Source of the DNA: Ginkgo biloba
Lineage: Eukaryota > Plantae > Ginkgophyta
Assembly (NCBI GenBank): GCA_024626585.2
Contig: JANKJI020000004.1
Coordinates: 39,608,369 to 39,628,211 of the forward strand
Direction: 5' to 3'
Length of the DNA: 19,843 nt
Of the stretch, positions 1 through 10,789 are shown piece by piece; position 1 is the first letter of the stretch, and every line of letters begins with the position of its first letter. A program made the position numbers and the translations under genes. The notes under the pieces are model-generated. The model saw nothing but the letters and a program-made list of their open reading frames with translations, ran no database searches and had not been told where the DNA came from.

Positions 1-397
1 TCTTTTCTAACCTTCTTCCTTGCAGATAAGGGTCGTTTAGCTTCCAAAGGCTTAATTTATGCTTTTTCTTCTTCAAATTTCTCCTTTGATGAAGTTTTGA
101 CTTGCTTTTGACTAGGGTTGAGTGGGCTGTAATAACTAATTATTACCATTTGAATTTTGGCTACCTATCAGGTAAACTTCATTACCTTGTTCCTTGGCCC
201 TTGGGGTTTGAGATGTGCATTCTAGTCTTTCGAAGTTTGAGACATCTAATCAAATTTTGCAGATGAATGCGACTCTCAGGAGGATTGGCTAGTGCCTTGA
301 TTAGGGTGCATATCAATAGGCGTTTCCCATTTTTGGGATCAATCTTAGGAGGATTTGTATTATCATCCCTTTTCACTAGCATTCCATGATATTGCAT
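1..397 (-). pseudogene. Possible decayed retroelement ORF fragment (gag-like N-terminal region)
   Basis: 71-aa minus-strand ORF (MLVKRDDNTNPPKIDPKNGKRLL...) with K/R-rich reading continuing toward position 1 after stops. It lies in TE-dense context, but I recognise no diagnostic motif. Confidence 0.25.
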
Positions 398-1091
398 TTT
401 CTACCCTAGAGAATTTTCTATTGAGCTTCTTTAAGAGCACAGAGCACAAGAGAATGTCTTAACTTCATCCATCAACTCATTCTAACATATTTGGCGATCT
501 CTAAACCCTCATGCTGAGTAGATCAAGTATTCTACTATTTTTGTAGCTTGTATGCATGGTGCTTGGTTCTTGGAACTCATTGATGGCTTAAAGGTATTCA
601 TATGGATTAGGATTTCTTCCCTATACAAGTGTGACTAATTGTGCTTGCAAATTTTTGGTTGTGTGTATTGTCTTAGTCATGTGCATAGATAGGATTATTT
701 GATGTTCACTGAATGCTTGTATGGAGTCTACATTTACTTTATGTCGTGCTAGAAGGACCCCTGTGATTTAAGCATGAGGGCTACCATATTTATTTTTTGC
801 TTTCTTAAGCTTATTTCTTTTACTAACCTATAGTAGCCATAAATTTATATAAATAAACATCTTCTATTATGAAAATACCTTAGAGTGGTTTAACTTTGTT
901 GTGATTTTAGGATGGTAAGGTTTAATTCCAAAGTTTGAGATTCGGAAGGGCATATGTTGCATGAAGAACCTTAACTTAACCTTCAGGTATGCCAATAAGA
1001 TTATGGCTATGAAGCTTGATAGGGTATACCGTAAGTTCAAAAATCCCTTTGTGTGACTGAGGTTGCTTGGGGTGATATTTAGGTCACCTAG

Positions 1092-1241
1092 ATGTGAAAG
1101 TGTAAGTTTGGACGACATGGCAAATTGAAAGTCTACAAGTGGCAAAGTGTAAGTCCATGGATGGAAAACTATATGTCCATTACCATAGGTGATGTAGTGG
1201 TAAAGTGTAAGTCCATCAATAGGGTGACATAAAGTGTCTTG
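1092..1241. repeat. Degenerate ~20-25 bp tandem motif (RTGGNAAAGTGTAAGTCCAT), probably within an LTR
   Basis: gtggcaaagtgtaagtccat (1139-1158) and gtggtaaagtgtaagtccat (1197-1216) differ at 1 of 20 bases. Weaker copies occur at ~1092, 1117, 1161 and ~1225. Confidence 0.7.
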
Positions 1242-1368
1242 TGCTTAAAGGATCCTTGGCATGCTTATATGTAGGTGTGTGGAAGCACCTAATAGAGTGT
1301 TTGATAGAGGCATCATTTTAGATGGTGTTCCTAGTTCAATGTTTGGAGACTGTATAGCATGTGAGGCC

Positions 1369-2032
1369 NNNNNNNNNNNNNNNNNNNNNNNNNNNNNNNN
1401 NNNNNNNNNNNNNNNNNNNNNNNNNNNNNNNNNNNNNNNNNNNNNNNNNNNNNNNNNNNNNNNNNNNNNNNNNNNNNNNNNNNNNNNNNNNNNNNNNNNN
1501 NNNNNNNNNNNNNNNNNNNNNNNNNNNNNNNNNNNNNNNNNNNNNNNNNNNNNNNNNNNNNNNNNNNNNNNNNNNNNNNNNNNNNNNNNNNNNNNNNNNN
1601 NNNNNNNNNNNNNNNNNNNNNNNNNNNNNNNNNNNNNNNNNNNNNNNNNNNNNNNNNNNNNNNNNNNNNNNNNNNNNNNNNNNNNNNNNNNNNNNNNNNN
1701 NNNNNNNNNNNNNNNNNNNNNNNNNNNNNNNNNNNNNNNNNNNNNNNNNNNNNNNNNNNNNNNNNNNNNNNNNNNNNNNNNNNNNNNNNNNNNNNNNNNN
1801 NNNNNNNNNNNNNNNNNNNNNNNNNNNNNNNNNNNNNNNNNNNNNNNNNNNNNNNNNNNNNNNNNNNNNNNNNNNNNNNNNNNNNNNNNNNNNNNNNNNN
1901 NNNNNNNNNNNNNNNNNNNNNNNNNNNNNNNNNNNNNNNNNNNNNNNNNNNNNNNNNNNNNNNNNNNNNNNNNNNNNNNNNNNNNNNNNNNNNNNNNNNN
2001 NNNNNNNNNNNNNNNNNNNNNNNNNNNNNNNN
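1369..2032. other. Assembly gap (largest of 16 N-runs)
   Basis: 664 N. Other gaps: 4136-4235, 4444-4502, 6178-6187, 6457-6521, 6775-6874, 7982-7991, 9026-9039, 9252-9320, 9549-9648, 10719-10785, 11339-11438, 12563-12572, 15050-15149, 16804-16903, 18269-18368. Confidence 0.99.
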
Positions 2033-2516
2033 CATTTTGTTTTACTGGGACCATAAATTAACAAGTTCAAATATTTTTGTCATAGGTTTCCATTGCACTA
2101 CATATATATGATTATTTTTCATTTCTACATGCATGACTAAAGTCATCTTAGTCTTTTATGCATTTTGTAGAGCAAAAGTAATTGGTTTTGTAGGTTTTAG
2201 TAAGTGCAATCTATTACAGTGGTATTAGAGCTTAAGGGAGTGATTCCAAGTATGGAATCAAAAATTCAAAAAGCACTGCAAACCATGAGGGTTGAGCTCA
2301 AGGAGTTGAAAGAAGGAAGAAGCCGGAGGCACCCGTTTTGACCTACTACGAAGAAGGAAACGTAGAAAGCTCAAAGAGTTAGAAGAGCCTCCAATAGAAC
2401 CTATAGAGGAAGAGGCTTTCAATTTGGAAAATTTGGAAGAAGAGGCCCAAGAAGCTATAGACGGATCCGATGGTGATCACGGACATACAAATTCTTATGT
2501 ATACCTTTGCATTTAA
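2033..2516 (+). mobile_element. LTR retrotransposon 5' junction: LTR 3' end, tRNA-iMet PBS and decayed start of gag
   Basis: ...ctattaCA(2218) g TGGTATTAGAGC (2220-2231) is the canonical TGGTATCAGAGC with one C>T change, directly after an LTR-type CA end. An ATG at 2252 begins MESKIQKALQTMRVELKELKEGRSRR, followed by acidic EEPPIEPIEEEAFNLENLEEE in another frame. The LTR may extend left across the 1369-2032 gap. Confidence 0.65.
2220..2231 (+). promoter_or_regulatory. Primer-binding site (tRNA-iMet)
   Basis: TGGTATTAGAGC, 11/12 match to TGGTATCAGAGC, 1 nt after TTACA. Confidence 0.75.
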
Positions 2517-2519
2517 TCA

Positions 2520-3700
2520 AAACAACACTTTTGTTTTCCTCAATGGATAACAATCTAAGCTTTTGTAAAAATATGTGAGGTAATCACTCAAAACTTAAAT
2601 GGCTCTAATCCAAGCATTCAATCAACATTTCTATTGAAGTTTGATCCATTCCACTCAATCATAATGAACTTACTAACTAGTTCACCGTAGGCATCTCAAC
2701 ATTTTAGGATTCAACATCTTGATGCATACTGTTTGCAAGATATTTGTCTTTGACTGATAATGCAAATAGAGGATGTGATTCATCTGACGACAACAAATTG
2801 CGATGTGACATCCATAAAGGGCATGACATGAACGAAAGATAAAAAATAGTCAAAACCACTTTGGAAAGTCAAAACTGCCTTAAGGTAGGACAAAACCGCC
2901 TTAAGAAAGGTGAAAACCACTCAAACTACTAGTCAAACAACATTGACTAAGTTAAAATAGACCTATGTCATTGGTCAAAAGTAGTCCAAATGATGACGTA
3001 GCAATGCAAAAAATTATATGGCAATCCAAGTGATGATGTGGTATTCCAAGTGGTGATGTTGATATAGTTAGAGTAAGAAGAATGGAAACATAATAAGGAC
3101 TAATATCCATAAAAGAGGACTTTGGTATCTTAGCTATGGGGCTAATGGTTGAAATGATAGTCTGCGAAGAACTAGTAATAAGTTCAGGTTGCTTAGTGAT
3201 TGGAATATTTACCCCCCATATCACTACTAGGATGACTTCCTTCGAATTTGTGAGGCTAAAAAAAGGTAGTTTAGGGAAAATGAAAAGTGCCAATATATGG
3301 CATGCAAGTTGATACAGTAGATGTGGGAAAAGGAAGTAATCCCCAAGGAGTTGAACATAGAGTAGGAAGTTTACTATGCACTGTACCTAAAATGAAAGGA
3401 GATCAACCAACAAAACTACTATTTTCCCTTTTGTTGAGCAAGGAACAGATATTGTAGTACTAGGTTGACTAGCACTTGGCAGGTTAACAAACATGGCTGA
3501 TGATAGTGAAACACTAGAAATACCCATATGGCATGGTGAATCTTTAATGACATGGAAAGAACCATGATGATATGGAAAGACCAATAATGACATAGTAGAG
3601 GATATAATAAGGAGATAACCATATGAAATTCCTTAATAATAAGTCAAAATGGTCACTAGTGAAAGGAGGAGGTATAGTTATATTTATGAGGTTGTACATA
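2520..3700 (-). pseudogene. Long decayed Ser/Thr/Pro/Ile-rich reading frame, probably retroelement-derived
   Basis: Successive minus-strand ORF pieces (3387-3593, 2952-3293) plus a stop-interrupted frame over ~2520-2830 (CPLWMSHRNLLSSDESHPLFALSVKDKYLANSMHQDVES*...) share a low-complexity composition. They are flanked by short tandem repeats. No catalytic motif recognised. Confidence 0.3.
2849..2930. repeat. Four degenerate 19-21 bp tandem units (GNCAAAACCRCCTTAAG..)
   Basis: Units start at 2849 gtcaaaaccactttggaaa, 2868 gtcaaaactgccttaaggtag, 2889 gacaaaaccgccttaagaaag and 2910 gtgaaaaccactc. Confidence 0.7.
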
Positions 3701-3763
3701 CTAATGTCATTCTACAAATTGATCAAAACGAAATGATTCCATCACTAAAACTAGCCATAAATT

Positions 3764-3876
3764 CAAGTCAAATATGGTCAAAGTTCTTGGTGAAAGATAA
3801 TCAAAATTATTAGTCAAAGATAGTCAAAATTGCTAGTCAAATATAGTTAAAGTTAGTGTTCAAGGATGGTCAAAGA
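3764..3876. repeat. Short-period TRGTCAAA repeat cluster
   Basis: Repeated tagtcaaa/tggtcaaa motifs every ~10-13 bp (e.g. tagtcaaagatagtcaaaattgctagtcaaatatagttaaag). Confidence 0.65.
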
Positions 3877-3932
3877 TGCAAAAGAATAACAACATTTAAT
3901 TTTGAGGAATACGTAGGTCAAATTTGGATAGA

Positions 3933-4049
3933 GTCATAAAAAATAGAGTATTTAATGATAATAAGTCACTTGTCAAACTTTGTCGAAGTCACAAAAAATG
4001 GATAGTATTTAATGCTAATAAGTCATTAGTCAAACCCAATTGAAGTCAT
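3933..4049. repeat. Two tandem copies of a 55-57 bp unit
   Basis: 3933-3987 gtcataaaaaatagagtatttaatgataataagtcacttgtcaaactttgtcgaa versus 3988-4044 gtcacaaaaaatggatagtatttaatgctaataagtcattagtcaaacccaattgaa. A third copy begins gtcat at 4045. Confidence 0.85.
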
Positions 4050-5487
4050 GGTTAATGCGATCGAAATTAAGGTGCATTAATAATGGTTAAATAGTGGTGA
4101 AAGCCTACTTAATTAAGGTGCTTTAATGGCTACTCNNNNNNNNNNNNNNNNNNNNNNNNNNNNNNNNNNNNNNNNNNNNNNNNNNNNNNNNNNNNNNNNN
4201 NNNNNNNNNNNNNNNNNNNNNNNNNNNNNNNNNNNGTTGGTGGAGTGTGGGACCCATGAGGTTCCCAAATTGCCCCAACACATACCTAGTTGGCTTTAAC
4301 ACAACACAATTTTTAGTGTACGAAGTTAATGTTTTCTTAATGATTGTCATGTTGCACTGATATCATATATAACTTAGATAGCCTATTAAAACAAGGTGTG
4401 ATCTCGAAGTATGTACTTAGGGCTAGCTTAGCACTCACTGATTNNNNNNNNNNNNNNNNNNNNNNNNNNNNNNNNNNNNNNNNNNNNNNNNNNNNNNNNN
4501 NNGCTTTATTATTAATAAGTGTTGTGCTGGGTTTTGATGAAGATGTATGGGATCAGTAAAGAACATGATGCAATGACACGGCTACGAGTTTTTTTGGACA
4601 GTGCTATCTTGATTTTTAGGGTGACCATCCCCAACAAAGCATATTTATGTAATCGTATCTCAATACCCAAATTATCTTGCACTTAATTATTAAATGCTTG
4701 GGATTTATTTTGATCAAGACTGCTTCTCTAAGTGACTTGGGTGAGTCCTAGAAGACAATAGAAACCAAACATTATGGGGAGTTTGGGGTGAGGAAGTGAC
4801 CATAGTTTCTGTAGAAAAGTTTTGCTTCTTCAAGAAAATTCTTCACATCTCTAAACCTTCTTTCTTAGATACTATTGCCAAAGCATTTGATCTTCCCTGG
4901 CTCTGTTACCACCGATGACAGAATCCTATTCTACCCCTGTTACAGAGACCCACATGTTCCTGTGGTATTATTTATTGAACTTATTAGAAGCCCTTTAATC
5001 TAATAAGTTGCATAGTTTATCTCAGCCATCCATTCTTAAGAGTTTAGTTTTGCATGTTCATGCAGCATTTGCTGAAAGGGAAGGAATGTTAATTGACATT
5101 TTTCATTTGATTAAGTTTGATTTAAGAGTTGCTCCGAAAAACACTGGCACTAATGTATTTACATACTTAACTTTAAATGTATATTTTGCCCATAAAGTTA
5201 TCTTCTTGTTTGAAAGATGCCTCTCCTAAACCTAGACTCATACCTGGTTACTGATATTTGATGCATTAATAATAAATCTGTTATTATGGTTAAGCTGCAC
5301 TCTCTTCCACTCCAAAAGTCATTAAAGTTGCCTCCTAATCTCCTGACTCTTGATCTGTATTAGTTTAGTGTAGGTCACGATCCCATCTTCCTTTGCATTT
5401 GTTATTTTGGACTCTGGAGGTGTAAGACATTTACTAGGAGGCTTCTGGAGTTCTACCGACCTTTATTTCCTTGACAGATTGAGGCAG

Positions 5488-5816
5488 AGCTGAAGCAATC
5501 GAGATCCTTATATTTCAAACCGTTCATTCCTTTGTCTGAACATCTCACCATTGTGAAACAGATTGAGGAGCTTATTTCTGAGAAACAGTATGAAGCTGCC
5601 CTCCAGTCAGCCCGGGATCTCATTACTCTCTCTTTGGCAGGACTTCATTATTTTCAGACATATGATTGGTTTGCTTTGATGACAACAATTACAATGGGTT
5701 ACTTGGGCTGGATGATTTACATTGTTCTCCACATCTTGAAATGTTATACTTCCTTTTTGGTGACTTCATACCAGACAAGGTTCAAGGCTGGAGCTAGTGA
5801 AGTCAGAAATAGACGA
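5488..5816 (+). CDS. PIGN: Internal exon of GPI ethanolamine phosphate transferase 1 (PIG-N/MCD4 family)
   Basis: The frame reads (x)LKQSRSLYFKPFIPLSEHLTIVKQIEELISEKQYEAALQSARDLITLSLAGLHYFQTYDWFALMTTITMGYLGWMIYIVLHILKCYTS...RNRR. This contains the plant PIG-N signature FKPF.PL...GLHYFQTYDW..LMT.IT.GY.GWM (start of the PigN membrane domain). It is uninterrupted. Donor: CGA|GTAAGA at 5816/5817 (phase 0). Acceptor: either ...gaggcAG|AG at 5487/5488 (phase 1, preferred by homology) or ...ccttgacAG|ATT at 5477/5478 (phase 0). The 5532..5831 ORF in the track is a partial view of this exon. Confidence 0.93.
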
Positions 5817-6551
5817 GTAAGATATTTCTAAACAAGTTAGTAGTCTTTGCAGAAATAAAACAAAAATGCAAACAGCGTGGTTTAACAAATTGATCAAAAG
5901 ATAATGCTACCTCTCCATAATTTTTTAACAGTGAATGTGTAAGTTCAAAAGGATGTATTAGTCAAAAGGCTTCAAGCAAACATGTCAAGTTCACAGTTAA
6001 GATAGCCAGCATCTATTTTCATCATGCAATTCAAATACTAAAATGGGATGGGCAATTTTCCTGGACTATATATTCAGCTGCTACATGCTTGGCTTTCATA
6101 CTGACCCCATTATTTTGAGTATTGTTGACCATTAGTTTGACTAGAATATTCCTTATTGTTGATCGAATATTCCTCACNNNNNNNNNNTTCTTGTTCAATC
6201 AGAGACCAGTTAACAGATAGGATGATCACATCATAGGCTATAAACATGTATGCAATATGGCTCTTCTAGCTATTGATTCTTTTCTATTTTCTTGCCAATG
6301 GATGCAACTAGAGCATGTGGACATGATGTTTTAGCACACAATGGCCTCCAAACCCTTAAAAAGAACTTGTGATTGCCTTCTAAGATGTGAAAGAGGGAAA
6401 GTTTTCAGGATTGAATGATGATTCATGGAAAAATGACTTTTTTTTGTGGTTTGTAANNNNNNNNNNNNNNNNNNNNNNNNNNNNNNNNNNNNNNNNNNNN
6501 NNNNNNNNNNNNNNNNNNNNNCAAAATTTCTAGCTTTCTGCTTTCTTTGTC

Positions 6552-7888
6552 CACTATTTTAAAACTTCGAAACCACATTTCATGTTTGTGGACAACATAG
6601 TTTGAATTTATGAAACTTCTTGACTTTGTACCCTTTATTTAAATATGAAATATCATATATAAATCTGGGGATCAACCTATCCATTTGTGCAAATCCCACC
6701 TATAAGAAGATGTCTTGGGAAAATTGTCTATTCATGGGATTTTTTTCAAAGAATTGGTCTACACGTGTTCATGCNNNNNNNNNNNNNNNNNNNNNNNNNN
6801 NNNNNNNNNNNNNNNNNNNNNNNNNNNNNNNNNNNNNNNNNNNNNNNNNNNNNNNNNNNNNNNNNNNNNNNNNNCTCTGCCTTGGCATCTTTCTCAATTG
6901 CTTTTAGAGCTTCCTATGTTGTGAGAAAATCATCCTTCTCCGTTTTTGATCCGGGTCAAATCTAAACTCGATTTTTTCTTTGTTGTAGGCTTTTGCATAA
7001 TCGCGAGAAATTATTGGAATGGCGACAAATTACTTGATTTGCAAATTTGGCCAAACGACGCGACTTGGCAAAACGATGCACTATGTAATTTGTGTACTGT
7101 GATGGGACGATTTTTGAGAAAATGGTGAGGTCTGTACATGTGCCATGAATTATCAAAATTTGGCTATCTCAAAGCTGATGTCAGAAAATACTAAGTCGCG
7201 AGAAGATGACAATTTCTAGAAAATTGGCAAAATGCTGCAATATGGCAAAATGATGCGCTGTGCAGTCTATACAATGTGATGGTGCAATTTTTGAGAAAAT
7301 GGCGAGGTCCGTACATGTGCCATTACTTATCTAAATTTGGCTAAATTTTGAGGTCGGCACGAGAAAATTCTAAGTCACATGAAAATGTTATTTTTGAGAG
7401 AATCGACAAATCGTTTCGATATGGCAAAATGATGCGTCGCTCACACTGTACGTCACGATGGTGTGATTTTCGAGATTTTTTCGTACCTCTGTACAAGCGC
7501 TGACGAATTCTGCAAAATTTAGCTAAGTCCTAATGCAGGTTTTCGAAAAGTCAGTAAAAGTTCGTGATTGGGCAAAAAGTTGTGCCAGTAGTTGCAAAAA
7601 AAGACGGAGTCATAAAGAATGTTTATAGTTGTGAGTAAACATTGAGTGCAAAAAATGGGTAAAAAGTTGTGATTTAAACAAAATCTCGTGCCAAGACGTG
7701 TGAATGGGACTTGGTAAATTTCGGTGCCACGTCATGTTTTCGGGAAGTTGAAACAAATAGTTAGGGTAATTGATTCGATAGTTTTTTAGAAGAGGGTAAA
7801 AGCTCTTAAGAGCTCATTTTGAAGGGGCCTTTTTTTTTGAACAGTTCTTTCGTGTTCCGTCTTTTGCAAGCAAGTTTCTGTGATAGTG
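6552..7888. mobile_element. Putative non-autonomous DNA transposon (CACTA-like) carrying the 178-bp repeats
   Basis: The CpG-rich block ends at ...aagtttctgtgaTAGTG (7888). A CACTAttttaaaactt at 6552 partly mirrors it (reverse complement of the right end is CACTAtcacagaaactt). The 3-bp flanks differ (gtc versus att), and a 100-N gap inside may hide the true left end. Confidence 0.3.
7002..7550. repeat. Three diverged tandem copies of a ~177-179 bp CpG-rich monomer
   Basis: The anchor TGGCAAAA(C/T)GATGC occurs at 7066, 7243 and 7422 (periods 177 and 179). (T/C)GAGA-anchored blocks sit at 7115, 7292 and 7471, with TTTTTGAGAAAATGG.GAGGTC.GTACATGTGCCAT nearly identical in copies 1 and 2. AAATTT(G/A)GCTA occurs at ~7156, 7333 and 7515. 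Confidence 0.9.
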
Positions 7889-8389
7889 ATTAAAAGCATC
7901 AACACATTCTTACCAAGGGAAGGCTTGTGATTTCACCAAGCCAATAACATGTGATTCATTTGTAACAACTAGGCAAAGAGCNNNNNNNNNNTTTAACCAG
8001 GCAACATGCCTGTGATTTATCCAAGATTTTTCGTTGGTGATTCCATATACAAATGTAAGTTGTTCTTCTTGCAAGATAACAATTTTTGAGCACTTTGATT
8101 TTAGTCCCATTTTAAGGGATCAAAACTTTGTAATTTGTGGAGAGTAGCTCCACTTGTTCAAGTCTTTTTAACAATTATGATTATGACCGCCGCATATGAA
8201 TGTGAAGTTTTGAATTGTGTGCAACTTAAATTTTAAAATTTGCTTCTGCTATACACGCTTCTAGGTTCTAAATCATTTTCTTTAAGTGTTTGGTTTCATT
8301 TTAAGGCTTCTTGAGAAAGACTCAATGAAGTAGTTGAAATCTCCTTATGAAGTACAATACAATAATCTTAAGGACCAATACATTTCAAG

Positions 8390-9230
8390 GTAATTTTGAG
8401 TAGTTGGTTGTAGAATCTCTTATCTAAGTAAATGAAAGTAGGTATTCTTTTGTATCCAAAAGATTCTTATGGATCTCTATTATTTGGACATAGTCATGAA
8501 GTACTAGGGTTTATTTTTTACAACTAGAAGATGGTTTTGGCCTTAGAACTATTGCTCACTTTGCAAGGAAAGGGGTGGTTATTCACCTAGCTTGAAGGCA
8601 ACAAACTCAATCATGGCCATAAAAAAGTAAAACAAATGCAAGGTAAGCCCTATGTTTATTGTGTTAGAAAAGGTGAAGTTCTCTTATTTGTCCAAGTTAG
8701 TTAATGGATTCATAGAGGATTTTGGTTACAAAAAGCATTGTCACTTCTAAATGTAGTGATCAAAGCGCATGAACAACTTTGGTTTGACATGGTGACGCAA
8801 GGTGATATTAATTTTTTTCCCCATGATATAATTTAGAATATTACAAAAATAATATATTCTAGAATATGTTTCAAAAGGAATTTGGGGGATGGTAAGCTAA
8901 ATGGCCACCCTGGAAGAGATTATGCACAATATATTAAGTGTTGTAGATTTTGGTTTGTGCCCTTGTGCAACAATCTTTTTATTACTACATCATTTGGCTT
9001 TCCCTCAAATCTATTTAATGTAAGANNNNNNNNNNNNNNAGAGTGATGGGGTACATGAAGGGTGGCTCTTATAAATGTTACCTATCACACAACGTTGTTG
9101 GAATCTAGTCTCTACGAGGATAACTTTCCAAGGGAAGGCAACTAGGGGATCCCTTTCATTAGACCATTGTTTAGTGTGTGGGTTTCGAAGATATGACCAA
9201 TTTCTTATGAGGCATACCTAAGACTAGTTT
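8390..9230 (+). mobile_element. Decayed LINE (L1-like) ORF2 C-terminal remnant
   Basis: Frameshifted, correctly ordered motifs. LSSWL*NLLS (~8395) resembles L..W..KLLS. RFLW (~8461) is followed by EDGFGLR (~8527), like (P)K..GGLGL. KGWLFT*LEGN (~8570) resembles AKW..K.LEG. WNLVSTRITF...HCLVCGF/EDMTNFL*GIPK (9099-9225) resembles the zf-RVT CxxC...E...HL...C region. Confidence 0.5.
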
Positions 9231-10789
9231 CTCTTTTTTGGTTTGTTTAGANNNNNNNNNNNNNNNNNNNNNNNNNNNNNNNNNNNNNNNNNNNNNNNNN
9301 NNNNNNNNNNNNNNNNNNNNGTTCTTCTTCTGTCCTTGGGTTTCACTTATAAAACAAGAGCCACATAGTGGAAAATTCATGCCTCATTGCATAAAAAGTA
9401 GTACACAAATAATTGCAAAGCATGATAACTTTAAAATACGATATCATGGTTATAATGGAAAACATGCAAAGGGTTTGTTTAAAAACAAAGAAAAATATAA
9501 AACACAATACACCATTTCAAAATTTTCTTTGAATATTTGTTGATTTTTNNNNNNNNNNNNNNNNNNNNNNNNNNNNNNNNNNNNNNNNNNNNNNNNNNNN
9601 NNNNNNNNNNNNNNNNNNNNNNNNNNNNNNNNNNNNNNNNNNNNNNNNAGACTCCAAAAAAATCTTCAATCTGATTAAATTTATGAACTTTAATATAAAA
9701 AAAATAAAATTCAAAATATTTTTCCTGTTGCAATGATTTTTTTCTCCCGTAGTGTGATTTTCTTATTCTCTTCATGATACATCACATCTCACATGTTTCC
9801 TTGGATCAGGTCTTTGGCTCTCTAATTGCGTTGGTGCATCCTTCCTCCAAGCATTCTCCATACATTATAGATGGAATCTGTCCTCTCCACTAGTGTTTGC
9901 CTACTAAGAAATAATAAATACTAACAATTATAGACTACCATTGAATACACCTTCATAGGAATGATGTCCTCCACTACGGGCTCTCCATCTCCATGGGTGC
10001 TACAACCTTATAACCTCCTCTCTCCATATTGGTCAGCAACCTATTTGTATATTTACACCATACGTATGAGATATTTTCTCCTCAATTTTATTCCACATGC
10101 ATTTTAAATCATTTATACCTTGCAGACCAATCTTTTCTTGTTTTGTTGGTAGGGGCAATCTCTGGATTAATGTCCCCATTCTGTGCACTTCATGCAATGA
10201 ACAATAGGAGGATGACATGCCTGGTTGTGATTGGTCCCCTTGTCATTTACATGGCGAGGGCAATTTCTTGGGTAGCCACTTTTTTCCCCTTGACTTCGCC
10301 CTGTTCATTTTGCCATTTATGTAGATTAGAATAACAATCTCTAGTGTTATGCATATCAACTTTGTAAATATTGTATTCCTCTTCTTGAGCATCAGTTGAT
10401 CAACATGCTTCTTGCAAGCATGCCCCATGGGTTGTCTTTTGTGCACTAGGAATCTTCTCAGGGTCTTTCTTTCTTTTTTGGTTTTAGATATGTGATTTTC
10501 GTTCGCAATTTCTCTAGTTGGTTATTTTTGATGTTTGACTTCTCATCGACTTTTGTTACATTTCTTACTAAGTGATAAATATATCTTGGTGGATAATTAT
10601 TATATGCCTAGTAGTCCTTAGAGTAATGGGTAGGCTAGTCCAAGTGCATTTGCTTCTCAAAGGCCATGGCTAGTTGTTGAACTTGTTCATAGCTCTCCAT
10701 TGGATCCTAATAAATTTCNNNNNNNNNNNNNNNNNNNNNNNNNNNNNNNNNNNNNNNNNNNNNNNNNNNNNNNNNNNNNNNNNNNTCCA

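Noticed and set aside
483-502. TAACA-tatt-TGGCGATCTC as an LTR end plus Tat/Ogre-type PBS
   Set aside because: Only the first ~6 nt fit a tRNA 3' complement and no gag follows, so it cannot be supported.
1245-2070. Five long ORFs (231-269 aa) in the ORF track
   Set aside because: Almost entirely X residues produced by the 664-N gap. The same applies to the other gap-spanning ORFs.
7002-7550. CRISPR-like array
   Set aside because: Similarity extends across the whole ~178-bp unit with no short invariant repeat and unique spacers. The context is eukaryotic and there are no cas genes.
9800-9895. cAG|GTC...VFGSLIALVHPSSKHSPY as a PIGN exon
   Set aside because: Only a chance HSP match, with no conserved LYHAY and a stop before any suitable donor.
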